Shown here piece after piece: positions 50,703-62,153 of a stretch of 64,000 nt of DNA (position 1 is its first letter; every line of letters starts with the position of its first letter). This DNA comes from an uncultured Pseudomonadales bacterium (GTDB lineage Bacteria; Pseudomonadota; Gammaproteobacteria; Pseudomonadales; Porticoccaceae): assembly GCA_938092205.1 (NCBI GenBank), contig CALKMW010000037.1:1628-65627 (forward strand), read 5' to 3'. The notes below the pieces were generated by a model. It made no database searches. It had not been told where the DNA came from and saw nothing but the letters and a program-made list of their open reading frames with translations. Made by a program: the position numbers and the translations under genes.

Positions 50703-52712
50703 ATGGCCTCACGTCGCGAGCTCGCTAATGCTATTCGTGCCCTAAGTATGGATGCTGTTCAACAAGCCAATAGTGGCCATCCTGGCGCCCCAATGGGTAT
50801 GGCAGATATTGCCGAAGTACTGTGGAGAGACTATCTAAAGCATAATCCAGCAGATCCAACATGGGCCAATAGAGATCGTTTTGTGCTTTCAAATGGTCAT
50901 GGCTCAATGCTGCTATATTCTCTTTTGCATCTATCGGGTTATGACTTGCCAATTGAAGAAATTAAAAATTTCCGTCAGTTGCATTCGAAAACACCCGGCC
51001 ACCCTGAATATGGCTATGCTCCTGGGGTAGAAACAACCACCGGCCCACTGGGTCAGGGCATTAGTAATGCCGTTGGTATGGCATTGGCAGAAAAAGTACT
51101 TGCAGCGCAATTTAACAAGCCTGGGCATAATCTGGTCGATCATCACACCTATACCTTTTTAGGCGACGGTTGCTTAATGGAGGGTATTTCCCATGAGGTT
51201 TGCTCGCTTGCTGGGACACTTAAGCTGGGCAAGCTGATTGCCTTCTACGATGATAACGGCATTTCGATTGATGGTGATGTTGCCGGCGTTGATGGCGATG
51301 GTGGCTGGTTTACTGATGATACGCCAGCGCGCTTTGAATCCTACGGTTGGCAGGTAATTCCTGCGGTTGATGGGCATGATTCTAATGCCATTGATGCTGC
51401 TATCAAACAGGCCCATGCTTCTGATAAGCCAACGCTAATCTGCTGTAAAACCATTATTGGTTTTGGTTCGCCCAATAAGCAAGGCAAAGAAGACTGTCAT
51501 GGCGCCCCCTTAGGTGCAGACGAAATTGCCCTTACTCGCGAGCAGCTCGGCTGGAAATATGGCGCCTTTGAAATTCCCGAAGATTATTACTCTGCATGGA
51601 ATGGTGTAGCCAAAGGCCAGGCAGATCAGGCTGAATGGAATAAACAGTTTGCCGCTTATCAATCTGAATACCCAGAGTTAGCGGCTGAATTTGAACGTCG
51701 AGCTAATGGTGACCTACCGGCTGACTTTAGTGATAAAGCAGATGCTTATATTCGTGACTGCCAAGACAAAATGGAAAAAGTGGCTTCGCGTAAGGCGTCT
51801 CAGAATTGCCTAAATGCGTTTGGCCCACTTCTTCCAGAATTGTTAGGCGGCTCAGCTGATTTGGCTGGATCAAACCTTACCATTTGGTCGGGTTGTAAAG
51901 ATATTAGTGGCGATAATGCCAACGGCAACTATCTCTATTATGGTGTGCGTGAATTTGGTATGAGCGCCATTATGAATGGTATTGCTCTTCATGGCGGCTT
52001 TATCAATTATGGTGCTACCTTCCTGATGTTTATGGAATATGCGCGTAATGCGGTGCGCATGGCTGCGCTAATGAAGCAACAAAGCATTTTTGTTTATACC
52101 CATGATTCGATTGGTCTGGGTGAAGATGGCCCAACCCACCAACCGGTTGAGCAGCTAAGTGCTCTGCGAGCAACGCCTAACCTGCATACCTGGCGTCCCT
52201 GTGACACTGTGGAATCTGCAGTAAGCTGGAAAAGTGCTATCGAGCGCAATGATGGCCCTAGTGCCTTAGTGTTCAGCCGGCAGGGTCTGGCGCCTATGGC
52301 GCGTTCTGATGAGCAGTTAAGCAATGTAGGCCGAGGCGGCTATACTTTACGTAAAGCTACTGATGCACAGGCCATTTTAATTGCTACTGGTTCAGAGGTT
52401 GAGCTTGCAATCAATGCTGCAGACCAGCTAGCGGAAAAAGGCATAGCGGTTAGCGTAGTGTCTATGCCCTGTGCAGAAATATTCTGTGAGCAAGATAAAG
52501 CCTATCAAGATTCTGTGTTACCGCCATCAATTAGAGCTCGAGTAGCTGTTGAGGCCTTGCATGCAGACTATTGGCATAAATTTGTCGGCTTAGATGGTCG
52601 CGTTGTAGGCATGACCAGCTTTGGCGAGTCAGCCCCGGGGAACGTATTAATGGAAGAGTTTGGTTTTACCGTAGACAATGTTGTATCTAAGGTTATGGAG
52701 AGCCTAGGCTAA
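50703..52712 (+). CDS. tkt: transketolase
   Basis: Motifs [25 protein letters not shown] and GEDGPTHQP. Confidence 0.98.
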   Translation: MASRRELANAIRALSMDAVQQANSGHPGAPMGMADIAEVLWRDYLKHNPADPTWANRDRFVLSNGHGSMLLYSLLHLSGYDLPIEEIKNFRQLHSKTPGHPEYGYAPGVETTTGPLGQGISNAVGMALAEKVLAAQFNKPGHNLVDHHTYTFLGDGCLMEGISHEVCSLAGTLKLGKLIAFYDDNGISIDGDVAGVDGDGGWFTDDTPARFESYGWQVIPAVDGHDSNAIDAAIKQAHASDKPTLICCKTIIGFGSPNKQGKEDCHGAPLGADEIALTREQLGWKYGAFEIPEDYYSAWNGVAKGQADQAEWNKQFAAYQSEYPELAAEFERRANGDLPADFSDKADAYIRDCQDKMEKVASRKASQNCLNAFGPLLPELLGGSADLAGSNLTIWSGCKDISGDNANGNYLYYGVREFGMSAIMNGIALHGGFINYGATFLMFMEYARNAVRMAALMKQQSIFVYTHDSIGLGEDGPTHQPVEQLSALRATPNLHTWRPCDTVESAVSWKSAIERNDGPSALVFSRQGLAPMARSDEQLSNVGRGGYTLRKATDAQAILIATGSEVELAINAADQLAEKGIAVSVVSMPCAEIFCEQDKAYQDSVLPPSIRARVAVEALHADYWHKFVGLDGRVVGMTSFGESAPGNVLMEEFGFTVDNVVSKVMESLG

Positions 52713-53713
52713 TGATTCGCGTAGCCATTAATGGCTATGGACGTATAGGCCGCTCTGTTTTGAGAGCGGTCTATGAATCTAAGCTGCAAGATCAGATAAA
52801 AGTTGTGGCGATCAATGAGCCTGCAGATAATAAAACCATTGCCCACCTCACCCGTTACGATTCAACCCACGGTCGCTTCGCTGGTGAGGTTAGCTGTGAT
52901 CAGCAAACCCTCAATGTATGTGGTGATTCAATTGCCATTGTTCATCAAGATAATCTAGAACAACTCCCCTGGTCGGCATTAAATGTTGATGTGGTCCTAG
53001 AGTGTAGTGGTAGTTTTAGCGATCGTCACACAGCTGAACAGCACCTAAAAAGTGGCGCTAAGCGGGTTTTATTTTCTCAGCCGGCAGAATCTGATGTCGA
53101 TGCCACAATTGTGTATGGCTATAATCATCAACAGCTATCTGGTGATGAAAAAATTATTTCTAGCGCCTCCTGTTCAACAAACTGTGTTGTGCCTGTTATT
53201 CAGACTCTCGATGATAATTTTTCGGTTGAAGGCGGGGTGATTACCACTATTCACTCAGCAATGAATGATCAGCCAGTGTTAGATGCCTATCATCATACAG
53301 ATTTGCGCAAAACCCGTGCCGCAATGAACTCAATTATCCCGGTCGATACAGGTCTTGCGCTGGGCATTGATCGTTTGATGCCGCATATGGCCGGGCGATT
53401 TCAAGCTCAGGCAATGCGTGTCCCTACAATCAATGTATCGGCCATCGATTTATCGGTACTAGTTAATCAGGCGGTTGATACTGCGGCGGTCAATCGTGCA
53501 TTGGCTACAGCAGCCCAAGGTTCTCTTAAAAACATACTGGGTTACACTGAGGAGCCGTTGGCATCCTGTGATTTTAATCACGACCCAAGAAGCGGCATCG
53601 TTGATGCTAGCCAGACTAGAGTTAGCCAGCAAAAATTAGTTAAGGTGCTAATCTGGTTTGACAACGAATGGGGCTATGCCAATAGAATGTTGGATGTATT
53701 AAAAAGCTGGTAA
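52712..53713 (+). CDS. epd: erythrose-4-phosphate dehydrogenase (GAPDH family)
   Basis: Motifs INGYGRIGR, ASCSTNC, TTIHSAMNDQPVLDAYHH and VLFSQP; tkt-epd-pgk-fba order. Confidence 0.88.
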   Translation: MIRVAINGYGRIGRSVLRAVYESKLQDQIKVVAINEPADNKTIAHLTRYDSTHGRFAGEVSCDQQTLNVCGDSIAIVHQDNLEQLPWSALNVDVVLECSGSFSDRHTAEQHLKSGAKRVLFSQPAESDVDATIVYGYNHQQLSGDEKIISSASCSTNCVVPVIQTLDDNFSVEGGVITTIHSAMNDQPVLDAYHHTDLRKTRAAMNSIIPVDTGLALGIDRLMPHMAGRFQAQAMRVPTINVSAIDLSVLVNQAVDTAAVNRALATAAQGSLKNILGYTEEPLASCDFNHDPRSGIVDASQTRVSQQKLVKVLIWFDNEWGYANRMLDVLKSW

Positions 53714-53761
53714 ACCCTGACTATTAGTGGCAACCAAATCAATTAAATACTAGGAAAAATA

Positions 53762-54928
53762 ATGACAATTAAATTAATGACTGATTTAGACCTCAGTCAA
53801 AAACGTGTGTTAATTCGTGAAGATCTCAATGTTCCCGTTAAAAATGGCGTGGTAACCAGTGATGCCAGAATTAATGCGGCATTACCTAGTATTAAGCAGG
53901 CACTAGGTCAGGGTGCTGAAGTTATTTTAATGTCTCATTTGGGTCGACCAACCGAAGGGCAGTTTGAAGAACAGTTCAGCTTGCAGCCAGTGGCCGACGA
54001 TTTGAGCAAGAAATTAGGCACTCAGGTGCAATTAGTTTCTGATTGGTCTCAGGGTGTTGATGTGCCCCGGGATCAGGTGGTTTTACTGGAAAATGTTCGC
54101 TTTAACGCGGGTGAAAAAGCCAATGATGATAAGCTTTCTCAGGCCTATGCCAGTCTTTGCGATATCTTTGTGATGGATGCCTTTGGCACCGCCCACCGCG
54201 CTCAAGCATCGACTCATGGTGTGGCAAAGTTTGCACCCATTGCCTGCGCCGGCCCCCTGTTAGCTCAAGAGCTAGACGCTTTGGAAAAAGCCATTGCCAC
54301 TCCGGCAGCGCCGGTTGGAGCCATTGTTGGCGGCTCTAAGGTTTCAACTAAACTCATGGTTTTGGAAACTCTTGCGGACAAAGTTGACCAGTTAATCGTT
54401 GGCGGTGGCATTGCCAATACATTTTTGGCGGCAGCGGGCTATCCAGTGGGTAAGTCACTGTATGAGCCAGACTTAATTCCTGCGGCCAAAGCTCTGATGG
54501 AAAAGGTGCAAATTCCGATGCCAACCGATGTAGTGGTGGGCAAAGAATTTTCAGAAAATGCTAAGGCACGAGTGGTTGCGGTAGAAGATGTTGAAGCAGA
54601 CGATATGATTTTTGATATAGGCCCAGAATCTTCACTGCAGCTAGCGCAGATTATCAAAACCCTCGGCACGATTATATGGAATGGTCCAGTCGGTGTATTT
54701 GAGTTTGATCAATTTGCTGAGGGTACCAAAACATTGTCCCTAGCCATTGCTGCAAGCGATGGTTTTTCAATTGCCGGCGGTGGGGATACCTTAGCAGCAG
54801 TCGATAAATATGAAATTGCCGATCAGGTGTCCTATATTTCTACAGGCGGGGGTGCATTTTTAGAATATGTAGAAGGTAAAGAATTACCCGCCGTTGCCCT
54901 ACTAAAAGCACGAGCAGCTAGCGACTAA
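53762..54928 (+). CDS. pgk: phosphoglycerate kinase
   Basis: Motifs [21 protein letters not shown] and [10 protein letters not shown]. Confidence 0.98.
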   Translation: MTIKLMTDLDLSQKRVLIREDLNVPVKNGVVTSDARINAALPSIKQALGQGAEVILMSHLGRPTEGQFEEQFSLQPVADDLSKKLGTQVQLVSDWSQGVDVPRDQVVLLENVRFNAGEKANDDKLSQAYASLCDIFVMDAFGTAHRAQASTHGVAKFAPIACAGPLLAQELDALEKAIATPAAPVGAIVGGSKVSTKLMVLETLADKVDQLIVGGGIANTFLAAAGYPVGKSLYEPDLIPAAKALMEKVQIPMPTDVVVGKEFSENAKARVVAVEDVEADDMIFDIGPESSLQLAQIIKTLGTIIWNGPVGVFEFDQFAEGTKTLSLAIAASDGFSIAGGGDTLAAVDKYEIADQVSYISTGGGAFLEYVEGKELPAVALLKARAASD

Positions 54929-54994
54929 ATTAGTTTTTAATGGCAAAGTTGCAAGGAACGCAATTTATACACAAAGCTTACAAGGAAAGAAGCG

Positions 54995-56041
54995 ATGTCA
55001 CTTATTTCAATGAGACAGTTGCTGGATCACGCCGCAGAAAATAACTACGGTGTGCCAGCATTCAATGTTAATAATTTAGAACAGATGCGCGCAATTATGC
55101 TCGCCGCTGACCAAACTCAGAGCCCTGTTATCGTTCAGGCATCTGCTGGCGCGCGTAAATATGCCGGCGCGCCATTTCTGCGTCATTTAATTCAAGCAGC
55201 CATGGAAGAGTGGCCGCATATACCTGTATGCATGCACCAAGACCACGGAACCAGTGCCGCTGTTTGTCAGCGCTCAATTCAGTTGGGTTTTAGCTCGGTG
55301 ATGATGGATGGCTCATTGATGGAAGATGGTAAAACCCCTTCCAGTTACCAATATAACGTGGAAGTGACTCGTCAAGTGGTAACCATGGCACATGCCTGCG
55401 GGGTATCGGTTGAGGGAGAGCTAGGCTGCTTGGGTTCTCTCGAAACCGGACAGGCAGGTGAGGAAGATGGTGTTGGCGCTGAGGGTGTTCTCAGTCAGGA
55501 GCAGATGTTAACCGACCCCAAAGAGGCAGTCGATTTTGTCGATCAAACTGGGGTTGATGCACTGGCTATAGCTTGTGGCACCTCTCATGGCGCTTACAAA
55601 TTTAGTCGCCCACCCACAGGTGATATATTAGCCATTGATCGCATCAAGCAAATTCATCAAAAAATCCCCGATACTCATTTGGTCATGCACGGCTCATCTT
55701 CAGTACCTCAAGAATGGCTGACAATTATTAATCAGCATGGAGGTGAAATCCCCGAAACCTACGGTGTTCCTGTAGAGCAGATTTGTGAGGGTATTAAACA
55801 CGGAGTACGCAAGGTTAATATAGATACCGATTTGCGACTGGCATCTACAGGTATTATTCGTCAATATTTAGCCAAAAACCCAGCGGCATTTGATCCGCGC
55901 GCCTACTTAAAAGAATCCATAGCTGCTATGAAAGATATCGCAGTGGCGCGTTACAAAGCCTTTGGCACAGAAGGGAATGCTTCTAAAATTAAACCTCTTG
56001 GGCTAGAGGGCATGGCAGGCTATTACAGTGATGGGGCGTAA
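54995..56041 (+). CDS. fba: class II fructose-bisphosphate aldolase
   Basis: Motifs [25 protein letters not shown] and KVNIDTD. Confidence 0.96.
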   Translation: MSLISMRQLLDHAAENNYGVPAFNVNNLEQMRAIMLAADQTQSPVIVQASAGARKYAGAPFLRHLIQAAMEEWPHIPVCMHQDHGTSAAVCQRSIQLGFSSVMMDGSLMEDGKTPSSYQYNVEVTRQVVTMAHACGVSVEGELGCLGSLETGQAGEEDGVGAEGVLSQEQMLTDPKEAVDFVDQTGVDALAIACGTSHGAYKFSRPPTGDILAIDRIKQIHQKIPDTHLVMHGSSSVPQEWLTIINQHGGEIPETYGVPVEQICEGIKHGVRKVNIDTDLRLASTGIIRQYLAKNPAAFDPRAYLKESIAAMKDIAVARYKAFGTEGNASKIKPLGLEGMAGYYSDGA

Positions 56042-56066
56042 GTTTAAAGAAACAGCTAAAACTTTA

Positions 56067-56096
56067 TGCAGATGCTCCTTAGAGGGAGCATCTGCA
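56067..56096. terminator. strong hairpin between convergent fba and pit
   Basis: TGCAGATGCTCC-ttagag-GGAGCATCTGCA, a 12-bp perfect stem with only weak U tracts. Confidence 0.65.
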
Positions 56097-56112
56097 CATA
56101 GATTAAAAGACT

Positions 56113-57390
56113 TTAAAGAAAAACACCCTTAAAGAAAAAGAAGAATAGGATTGATAATGCCGCACCTGCCGGCAATGTCACTACCCAAGATAAGAAGATA
56201 GATCCAACCATGCGCAAGTTAAGCGCGCCAATTCCGCGAGCCATACCCACGCCGAGAACAGCGCCCACTAAGGTATGAGTTGTAGAAATTGGCAGACCAG
56301 TACCCGACGCGAATACCACAGTTGCGGCAGCACCTAACTCGGCGGCAAAACCACGGCTGGGTGTAAGCTCGGTGATTTTTCGGCCTATGGTTCCCATAAC
56401 TTTAAAGCCATAGGTGGCAAGACCGACCACAATACCTGCGCCGCCTAATAAGAGTATCCAGCTAGGCATAATACTTTTAGCTGCAATATCGCCTCCTGAG
56501 CTAACTACGCTGACAACAGCCGCCAAAGGACCTACTGCGTTTGCTACGTCATTAGAACCATGAGCAAAAGCCATGCTGCAGGCAGTGAAGATCATTAATA
56601 CGGCAAATACTTTTTCGACATTTGCAAAGCGATCTGTTTTCTCTAGGCTTTCATCACGCTTTACTTTTGATAGCAGGTAAGTTCCAAGAGCCGCCACTAA
56701 AATTCCAAATATAGCTGCAACCAAAGCCGTTTCCATAAAGCTAAACTTAATACCTATATCTTTAAATACGTGCTTAAGGCCTTTTAGCATGGTGACCATA
56801 GCCATTAACCAGCCGACAGCGAACATGTAATAAGGAACATACTTTTTGGCACGTTCAAACGGATTTTCATGAATTAGGATAAGTCGTTGTACGCTTCGAA
56901 AAAGGGCAAATGAAATTGTTCCAGCAAGCACTGGAGATACCACCCAGCTAGCAACGATGGTGCTAACTTTACTCCAATTAACCGCGTCAACAGAAACACC
57001 TACTGCGGCAAAGCCTACAATGGCGCCAACGATTGAATGCGTTGTTGATACAGGCCAGCCCATTATACTAGCAACCATCAACCAGGTGCCTGCGGCTAAT
57101 AGTGCTGATAGCATACCAAACACAAGGTAGTCGGGCTGTTCGGCGAAAATAGCAGAATCAACAATACCTTTTCGTATGGTAGAAGTCACTTCGCCGCCTG
57201 CCAAGTAAGCACCAGCAAACTCAAATACCATAGCGATTAAGATTGCTTGCTTAATGGTTAGTGCTTTAGAGCCAACAGAGGTACCCATGGCGTTGGCGAC
57301 GTCATTTGCGCCTACACCCCATGCCATAAAAAATCCAAACAACCCTGCTAGAAGGATCAGAAGGGTGCCGTATTCAGAGAATAATTCCAT
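56113..57390 (-). CDS. PiT-family inorganic phosphate transporter
   Basis: Motifs GANDVAN, HGSNDVAN, PVSTTH and PISTTH. Confidence 0.94.
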   Translation of the reverse strand: MELFSEYGTLLILLAGLFGFFMAWGVGANDVANAMGTSVGSKALTIKQAILIAMVFEFAGAYLAGGEVTSTIRKGIVDSAIFAEQPDYLVFGMLSALLAAGTWLMVASIMGWPVSTTHSIVGAIVGFAAVGVSVDAVNWSKVSTIVASWVVSPVLAGTISFALFRSVQRLILIHENPFERAKKYVPYYMFAVGWLMAMVTMLKGLKHVFKDIGIKFSFMETALVAAIFGILVAALGTYLLSKVKRDESLEKTDRFANVEKVFAVLMIFTACSMAFAHGSNDVANAVGPLAAVVSVVSSGGDIAAKSIMPSWILLLGGAGIVVGLATYGFKVMGTIGRKITELTPSRGFAAELGAAATVVFASGTGLPISTTHTLVGAVLGVGMARGIGALNLRMVGSIFLSWVVTLPAGAALSILFFFFFKGVFL

Positions 57391-57411
57391 GATATTAGTT
57401 CCAGAGATTAA

Positions 57412-58092
57412 TTATTTAGCGATTAAAAGTTCTAGGCGGTTACCAACACTTTCGGCGGTATCGGCAATTTCGCCAATATTGTCGATAATGTTGTAAAGAA
57501 ACATGACATGAATGGGCGGCAAGTCATTTTCTATATTGAAGAGATTGTGTCGAAGCTTACGCTCCTTCTTGTCGACTTTCTGCTCTTTTGCATCCAGCTC
57601 TCGGATTAGCTTTTGTACAAATTTAACCTCTTGACCAGCAAATCCCGTTTCCAAAAGTTCATCGAGCTCGTTAATGGCTTTTAGAGCCTGCTCAGATGCT
57701 TGAATTGTACTTTTAACAAAGCCTTTAAAGTCAGCCTGTAAGGACTTTGGAATTTCCATTTGCCTGCCTAAAACAATGCCGCATATATCTTTAGATAAGT
57801 TAGCAATACGATCTTGATGGCCCAGGATACCGAGTAAGTCAGAACGAGAAACCGGCATAAACAGGTTTTTTGGCATATTCAGACGGAATTCTTTTTTCAG
57901 CTCGTCTGCAGTATTTTCGTCTTTGCAAATAGAATCAAAAATCTCTGATGCCTGATCCCATTTGCCTGCAATAGTAGCATCAAAAAAACTGGTTAACTGG
58001 GAAGAGCATTTAACAACCAGTGTCATATGTTCTTGTAATGGTTTAATTGGGGATTTTCCGAATAAGTCAGAGATAGGATTACTAAAAGCCAT
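57412..58092 (-). CDS. DUF47/PhoU-like phosphate transport accessory protein
   Basis: FGKSPIKPLQEH and repeated ExxxD motifs; upstream of pit. Confidence 0.88.
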   Translation of the reverse strand: MAFSNPISDLFGKSPIKPLQEHMTLVVKCSSQLTSFFDATIAGKWDQASEIFDSICKDENTADELKKEFRLNMPKNLFMPVSRSDLLGILGHQDRIANLSKDICGIVLGRQMEIPKSLQADFKGFVKSTIQASEQALKAINELDELLETGFAGQEVKFVQKLIRELDAKEQKVDKKERKLRHNLFNIENDLPPIHVMFLYNIIDNIGEIADTAESVGNRLELLIAK

Positions 58093-58158
58093 AAGCTAGT
58101 TCCTCGACGTTGGGGCAAGATTATAAATGGTTATGCACAAAATTGAACAGAAGATTTT

Positions 58159-60270
58159 TTAAGCCTGCGCATACTGTTGATTATTGCCCAGCCAGCGATT
58201 AATTAGTGCATCTACTGTTTTTGGGTGTTTTTCAATAAGGCATTCAGCATTTAATTTTATTTGTGGAAGTAGATGTGCGTCTCGTTGTAGATCGGCAATT
58301 TGCAGTTGCATATCGCCGGTTTGACGGGTGCCGAGCAATTCTCCGGGGCCTCTTAGCTCGAGATCTTTTTCGGCAATCGCAAAACCATCGTTGGTTTGAC
58401 GCATGGTTTTTAATCGCTCACTGCCATTGGCAGAAATAGGTGAGCTGTAAAGTAAAACGCAATGACTTTTGGCTGAACCCCTGCCTACTCTACCTCTAAG
58501 CTGATGTAGTTGGGATAACCCAAGACGCTCGGCATTTTCAATAATCATTAGACTGGCATTAGGCACATCAACTCCTACTTCAATGACCGTGGTTGCTACC
58601 AGTAAGTGTATTTCGCCAGACTTGAAGCCATTCATTATATCTAGCTTTTCCCGCGGCTTAAGACGGCCATGCACCAAGCCAATAGAGAGTTCTGGTAGCA
58701 AAAGCTGTAATTCGCTAGCGGTCACTTCTGCCGCCTGAGCCTCAAGTACATCTGATTCTTCAATAAGCGTACAGACCCAATAGGCCTGTCGACCCTCGAT
58801 ACAGGATGCGCGCACTCTTTCTATAATATCGTTGCGCCGCAAATTACTTAACACGGCGGTTTCAACCGGTGTTCTGCCTGGTGGTAACTCATCAATAATT
58901 GAGCAATCAAGATCGGCATAGGCGCTCATGGCCAATGTTCTGGGTATAGGGGTTGCCGTCATAATTAATTGATGAGGCGCTAAAATTTGCTCATTCGGCT
59001 GGTTATCACCAAATCCTTTATTGCGCAGCGCCAGTCGCTGGTGAACGCCAAATCGATGTTGCTCATCGATAATTGTTATTCCTAGATCATTGAAAGTTAC
59101 GCTTTCTTGAAAAAGTGCATGGGTGCCTATAACCATTTGTGCACTGCCATCGGCAATTCGCTGAAGCTGAACTTCACGTGCTTTACCTTTTACCTTACCG
59201 GTTAACCAAGCAACACTGATTTTCATATCTTTGAACCACTGTTCAAAATTTATTCTGTGTTGTTCGGCTAGAATTTCTGTGGGTGCCATCAGTGCGGCCT
59301 GCTTGCCATTGGCAATTGCCTGTAGCGCCGCAATAGCCGCAACCACTGTTTTTCCTGAGCCTACATCCCCTTGAACCAGCCTTAACATAGGGAAGCTGTT
59401 GTTGATATCGCGATTTATCTCTGCGCATACTTTTTGTTGCGCGCCAGTCAACTCAAACGGCAATTGATCTAAAAAATGAGCTAGCACATTTTTATCTTCA
59501 GCTAAGCAGGGTGCTTGCTGGCGCTGAACTTTTTGGCGCATTTTTAATAGACTTAAATTGTGAGCAATTAACTCTTCTGCCGCCAGTCGCTGTTGTGCTG
59601 GATGCTCACCAGTGGCGAGCCTGTGCAGCTCAATACCAGGTGGCGGTGAGTGAATAAGTTTTAGCGCCTCTACTAGCGAGTAAGAAAGTACTCCCTTAAA
59701 CTGCTGCTTTAAGGTTTCTGGAATTAATTCCTCAATCCCATGGGTTTCCAGTCGATCTAAGGCCTGTCGGCAAAGATCCCTAATGCGTATTTGAGTGATA
59801 CCTTCAGTTAGAGGATATACAGGCGTTAATGTATCTTCTAGGCTTGGAGGGTTATTGCTATCTAGATGCTGATACTCTGGGTGGTTGAGTTCAAGCCCGT
59901 ATTTACCCTGCCTTACTTCACCATAACAACGTAATTTTGCTCCAGCTTTTAGGCGCTCTTGCTGTGCTCGACTAAAGTGAAAAAATCGTAAAACGGTGGT
60001 GCCGGTATCATCTTGTAATTTGCAGACTAGGCTGCGTCGACGGCCAAAAACCACATCACAGGCACGAATTTCGCCTTCAAGGGCAACATCAGTCTGTGGC
60101 TGAAGGCTACCTATTGGGGTTATCTTGGTTCTATCTATATAGCGCAACGGCAAATGAAACAGTAAATCTTGAAGATTTTTAAGGCCCAATTTTTCGAGCT
60201 TTTTTGCTAATTGAGGGCCAACACCTCGGAGCTCACTAATAGCGATCGCGTCGAGGTTAGTTTTTGTCAT
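58159..60270 (-). CDS. recG: ATP-dependent DNA helicase RecG
   Basis: Motifs QGDVGSGKT, DEQHRFG, MTATPIPR and HQLRGRVGRG. Confidence 0.97.
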   Translation of the reverse strand: MTKTNLDAIAISELRGVGPQLAKKLEKLGLKNLQDLLFHLPLRYIDRTKITPIGSLQPQTDVALEGEIRACDVVFGRRRSLVCKLQDDTGTTVLRFFHFSRAQQERLKAGAKLRCYGEVRQGKYGLELNHPEYQHLDSNNPPSLEDTLTPVYPLTEGITQIRIRDLCRQALDRLETHGIEELIPETLKQQFKGVLSYSLVEALKLIHSPPPGIELHRLATGEHPAQQRLAAEELIAHNLSLLKMRQKVQRQQAPCLAEDKNVLAHFLDQLPFELTGAQQKVCAEINRDINNSFPMLRLVQGDVGSGKTVVAAIAALQAIANGKQAALMAPTEILAEQHRINFEQWFKDMKISVAWLTGKVKGKAREVQLQRIADGSAQMVIGTHALFQESVTFNDLGITIIDEQHRFGVHQRLALRNKGFGDNQPNEQILAPHQLIMTATPIPRTLAMSAYADLDCSIIDELPPGRTPVETAVLSNLRRNDIIERVRASCIEGRQAYWVCTLIEESDVLEAQAAEVTASELQLLLPELSIGLVHGRLKPREKLDIMNGFKSGEIHLLVATTVIEVGVDVPNASLMIIENAERLGLSQLHQLRGRVGRGSAKSHCVLLYSSPISANGSERLKTMRQTNDGFAIAEKDLELRGPGELLGTRQTGDMQLQIADLQRDAHLLPQIKLNAECLIEKHPKTVDALINRWLGNNQQYAQA

Positions 60271-61226
60271 TATTCATAGGCCAATTTTGGTAGTTTTTGA
60301 TGGTCAAAATCTAAGTTATAGCTAGCATAAATTGCATTGCGAACAGCTTCAATAGCTTTATATCGCGGAAATCCAGCGCGCCATGCAATTGCTAGGGTTC
60401 GCTTAGGACCATCGACGTCAAACGGAACGGCAACTAAATCAGAGTTGCACGCAGTACAAACACTCGAGCCTTTGACCGCTGTTTGCGGCAAGATAGTAAT
60501 GCCAAGGCCAGTGGTTACCATGGTGCAGAGAGTTTCTAGGGAATTAGCTTGGGAGTCTACATCAGCAGGCATTTCAGCATAGTGGTATTGATTGATATTG
60601 GGGATGGCTTCTATCACCTGATCTCTAAAACAGTGTCCTTCGCCAAGAAGCAGTATATGTTCTTTTTCTAAGTCTTTTGCGTTAACTGAACATTGTTTTG
60701 CTAGGCGGTGATTAGGCGGCATAACAGCCATACAGGGCTCTTCAAATAGTGGCTGTACCACCACATCCGGCTCTTCGAAGGGTAAGCATAAGATAGCCAC
60801 ATCAAGCTTTCCTTTACGAAGTTGATTGCGCAATGTATTGGTGTATCCTTCTTCAATAATTAATGGCATCTCCGGTGCGCTTTTTTTAAGGGGTGAAACA
60901 AAATTAGGAAACAGATAGGGTCCAATGGTAAAGATAGCGCCAATATGAAGCGGCGAGCTTAATTTTTTTTCGTCATTAACAGCAATATCTTTAATAACCG
61001 CAACTTCATCAAGAACTTTATGGCACTGAACAACTATTTTTTTACCCATTGGGGTGAGAAAAACTCGGGTTGCTGATCGTTCAAAAATATCAACGCCTAA
61101 GTCAGATTCTAGTTTTTTTATTGCTATACTGAGGGTTGGTTGACTGACATTGCACTGCTCTGCGGCATTGCCAAAGTGCTGAGTCTTGGCTAAAACGGTC
61201 ACATAGTGCAGTTCGGTGAGAGTCAT
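60270..61226 (-). CDS. oxyR: OxyR-type LysR regulator with an atypical cysteine set
   Basis: LysR HTH, GAIFTIGPYLFP and GHCFRDQV (C199); translationally coupled to recG. Confidence 0.9.
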   Translation of the reverse strand: MTLTELHYVTVLAKTQHFGNAAEQCNVSQPTLSIAIKKLESDLGVDIFERSATRVFLTPMGKKIVVQCHKVLDEVAVIKDIAVNDEKKLSSPLHIGAIFTIGPYLFPNFVSPLKKSAPEMPLIIEEGYTNTLRNQLRKGKLDVAILCLPFEEPDVVVQPLFEEPCMAVMPPNHRLAKQCSVNAKDLEKEHILLLGEGHCFRDQVIEAIPNINQYHYAEMPADVDSQANSLETLCTMVTTGLGITILPQTAVKGSSVCTACNSDLVAVPFDVDGPKRTLAIAWRAGFPRYKAIEAVRNAIYASYNLDFDHQKLPKLAYE

Positions 61227-61304
61227 ATTGGTTCCTCCCTGAATTATAGTAAATGATAATTATTCGTGTATGTATGTTACGAAAAAAAAATATAGGAAGA
61301 TAGC

Positions 61305-62153
61305 TTGAAAGTACTTTTTATTGGTTGCGGTGATATAGCTCAGCGTGCCGCTGGGCAATTAGGCAGTAAATACTCTTGTTTTGGATTAAGGCGTAACCCC
61401 GAGAGTTTACCGCCGACTATCATGCCCATTTTGGCCGATGCAGCGAACGCACAGCAGTTGTTATCGGTGGCGTCGGATAACTTTGATATATGGGTTGCAA
61501 CCCTCACACCTGCAGAGTTTACTCGGCAAGCATACCAGCAGTCCTATTTGGCTGTGGCGCAAGCAATGGCAGAAACTATCGATACCTTGCCCAAAGCTCC
61601 AAAACTAGTCATCTGGGTCTCTAGTACTAGTGTTTATGGTGATAATGATGGCGACTGGGTTGATGAGACTACAAAGCCAAATCCGGTCACATTCTCTGGT
61701 GAAATACTACTTCAGGCTGAACAAATTATTCAAAAATTACCCTGTTTGAGTAGCGTAGTGAGATTTTCAGGCATCTATGGCCCCGGAAGAACTCGTCTTC
61801 TCGGGCAAGTTAAGGCGGGCAAGGGAAGGCCAAAATCACCAGAGCAATGGAGTAATCGTATTCAAGCAGATGATTGTGGCGCTGTATTGGCACATTTAAT
61901 GGCGCTGTTGGAGTCAAAAAAACCTATAGAGCCAATCTATTTAGCCTCTGATTGTGAGCCTGTTACCCAGCATAAAATTAGGCAATGGCTTGCACAAAAA
62001 CTTGATGTCGCCCTTACTCCTGAAGCGGTGAAATTAGGCTCAATAAGACGCTGCAATAATCGCCTTCTCTTAGACAGTGGGTTTAAGTTTAGCTACCCTT
62101 CATTTAGAGAGGGATACACTGCACTGATAGACGATCAAACAGGCGCTGATTAG
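61305..62153 (+). CDS. atypical SDR / NAD-dependent epimerase (YeeZ-like)
   Basis: Motifs IGCGDI, SSTSVYG and [10 protein letters not shown]. Confidence 0.85.
   Translation: MKVLFIGCGDIAQRAAGQLGSKYSCFGLRRNPESLPPTIMPILADAANAQQLLSVASDNFDIWVATLTPAEFTRQAYQQSYLAVAQAMAETIDTLPKAPKLVIWVSSTSVYGDNDGDWVDETTKPNPVTFSGEILLQAEQIIQKLPCLSSVVRFSGIYGPGRTRLLGQVKAGKGRPKSPEQWSNRIQADDCGAVLAHLMALLESKKPIEPIYLASDCEPVTQHKIRQWLAQKLDVALTPEAVKLGSIRRCNNRLLLDSGFKFSYPSFREGYTALIDDQTGAD

Noticed and set aside
50703-56041. tkt-gap-pgk-fba read as a Calvin-cycle operon
   Set aside because: No RuBisCO or phosphoribulokinase is present; this is the standard tkt-epd-pgk-fba cluster.
58093-58158. Pho box upstream of DUF47-pit
   Set aside because: No convincing 11-bp-spaced CTGTCAT repeats; only a TATAAT on the minus strand.
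61227-61304. Canonical OxyR ATAG-N7-CTAT array
   Set aside because: Only one partial unit matches, in AT-rich DNA.
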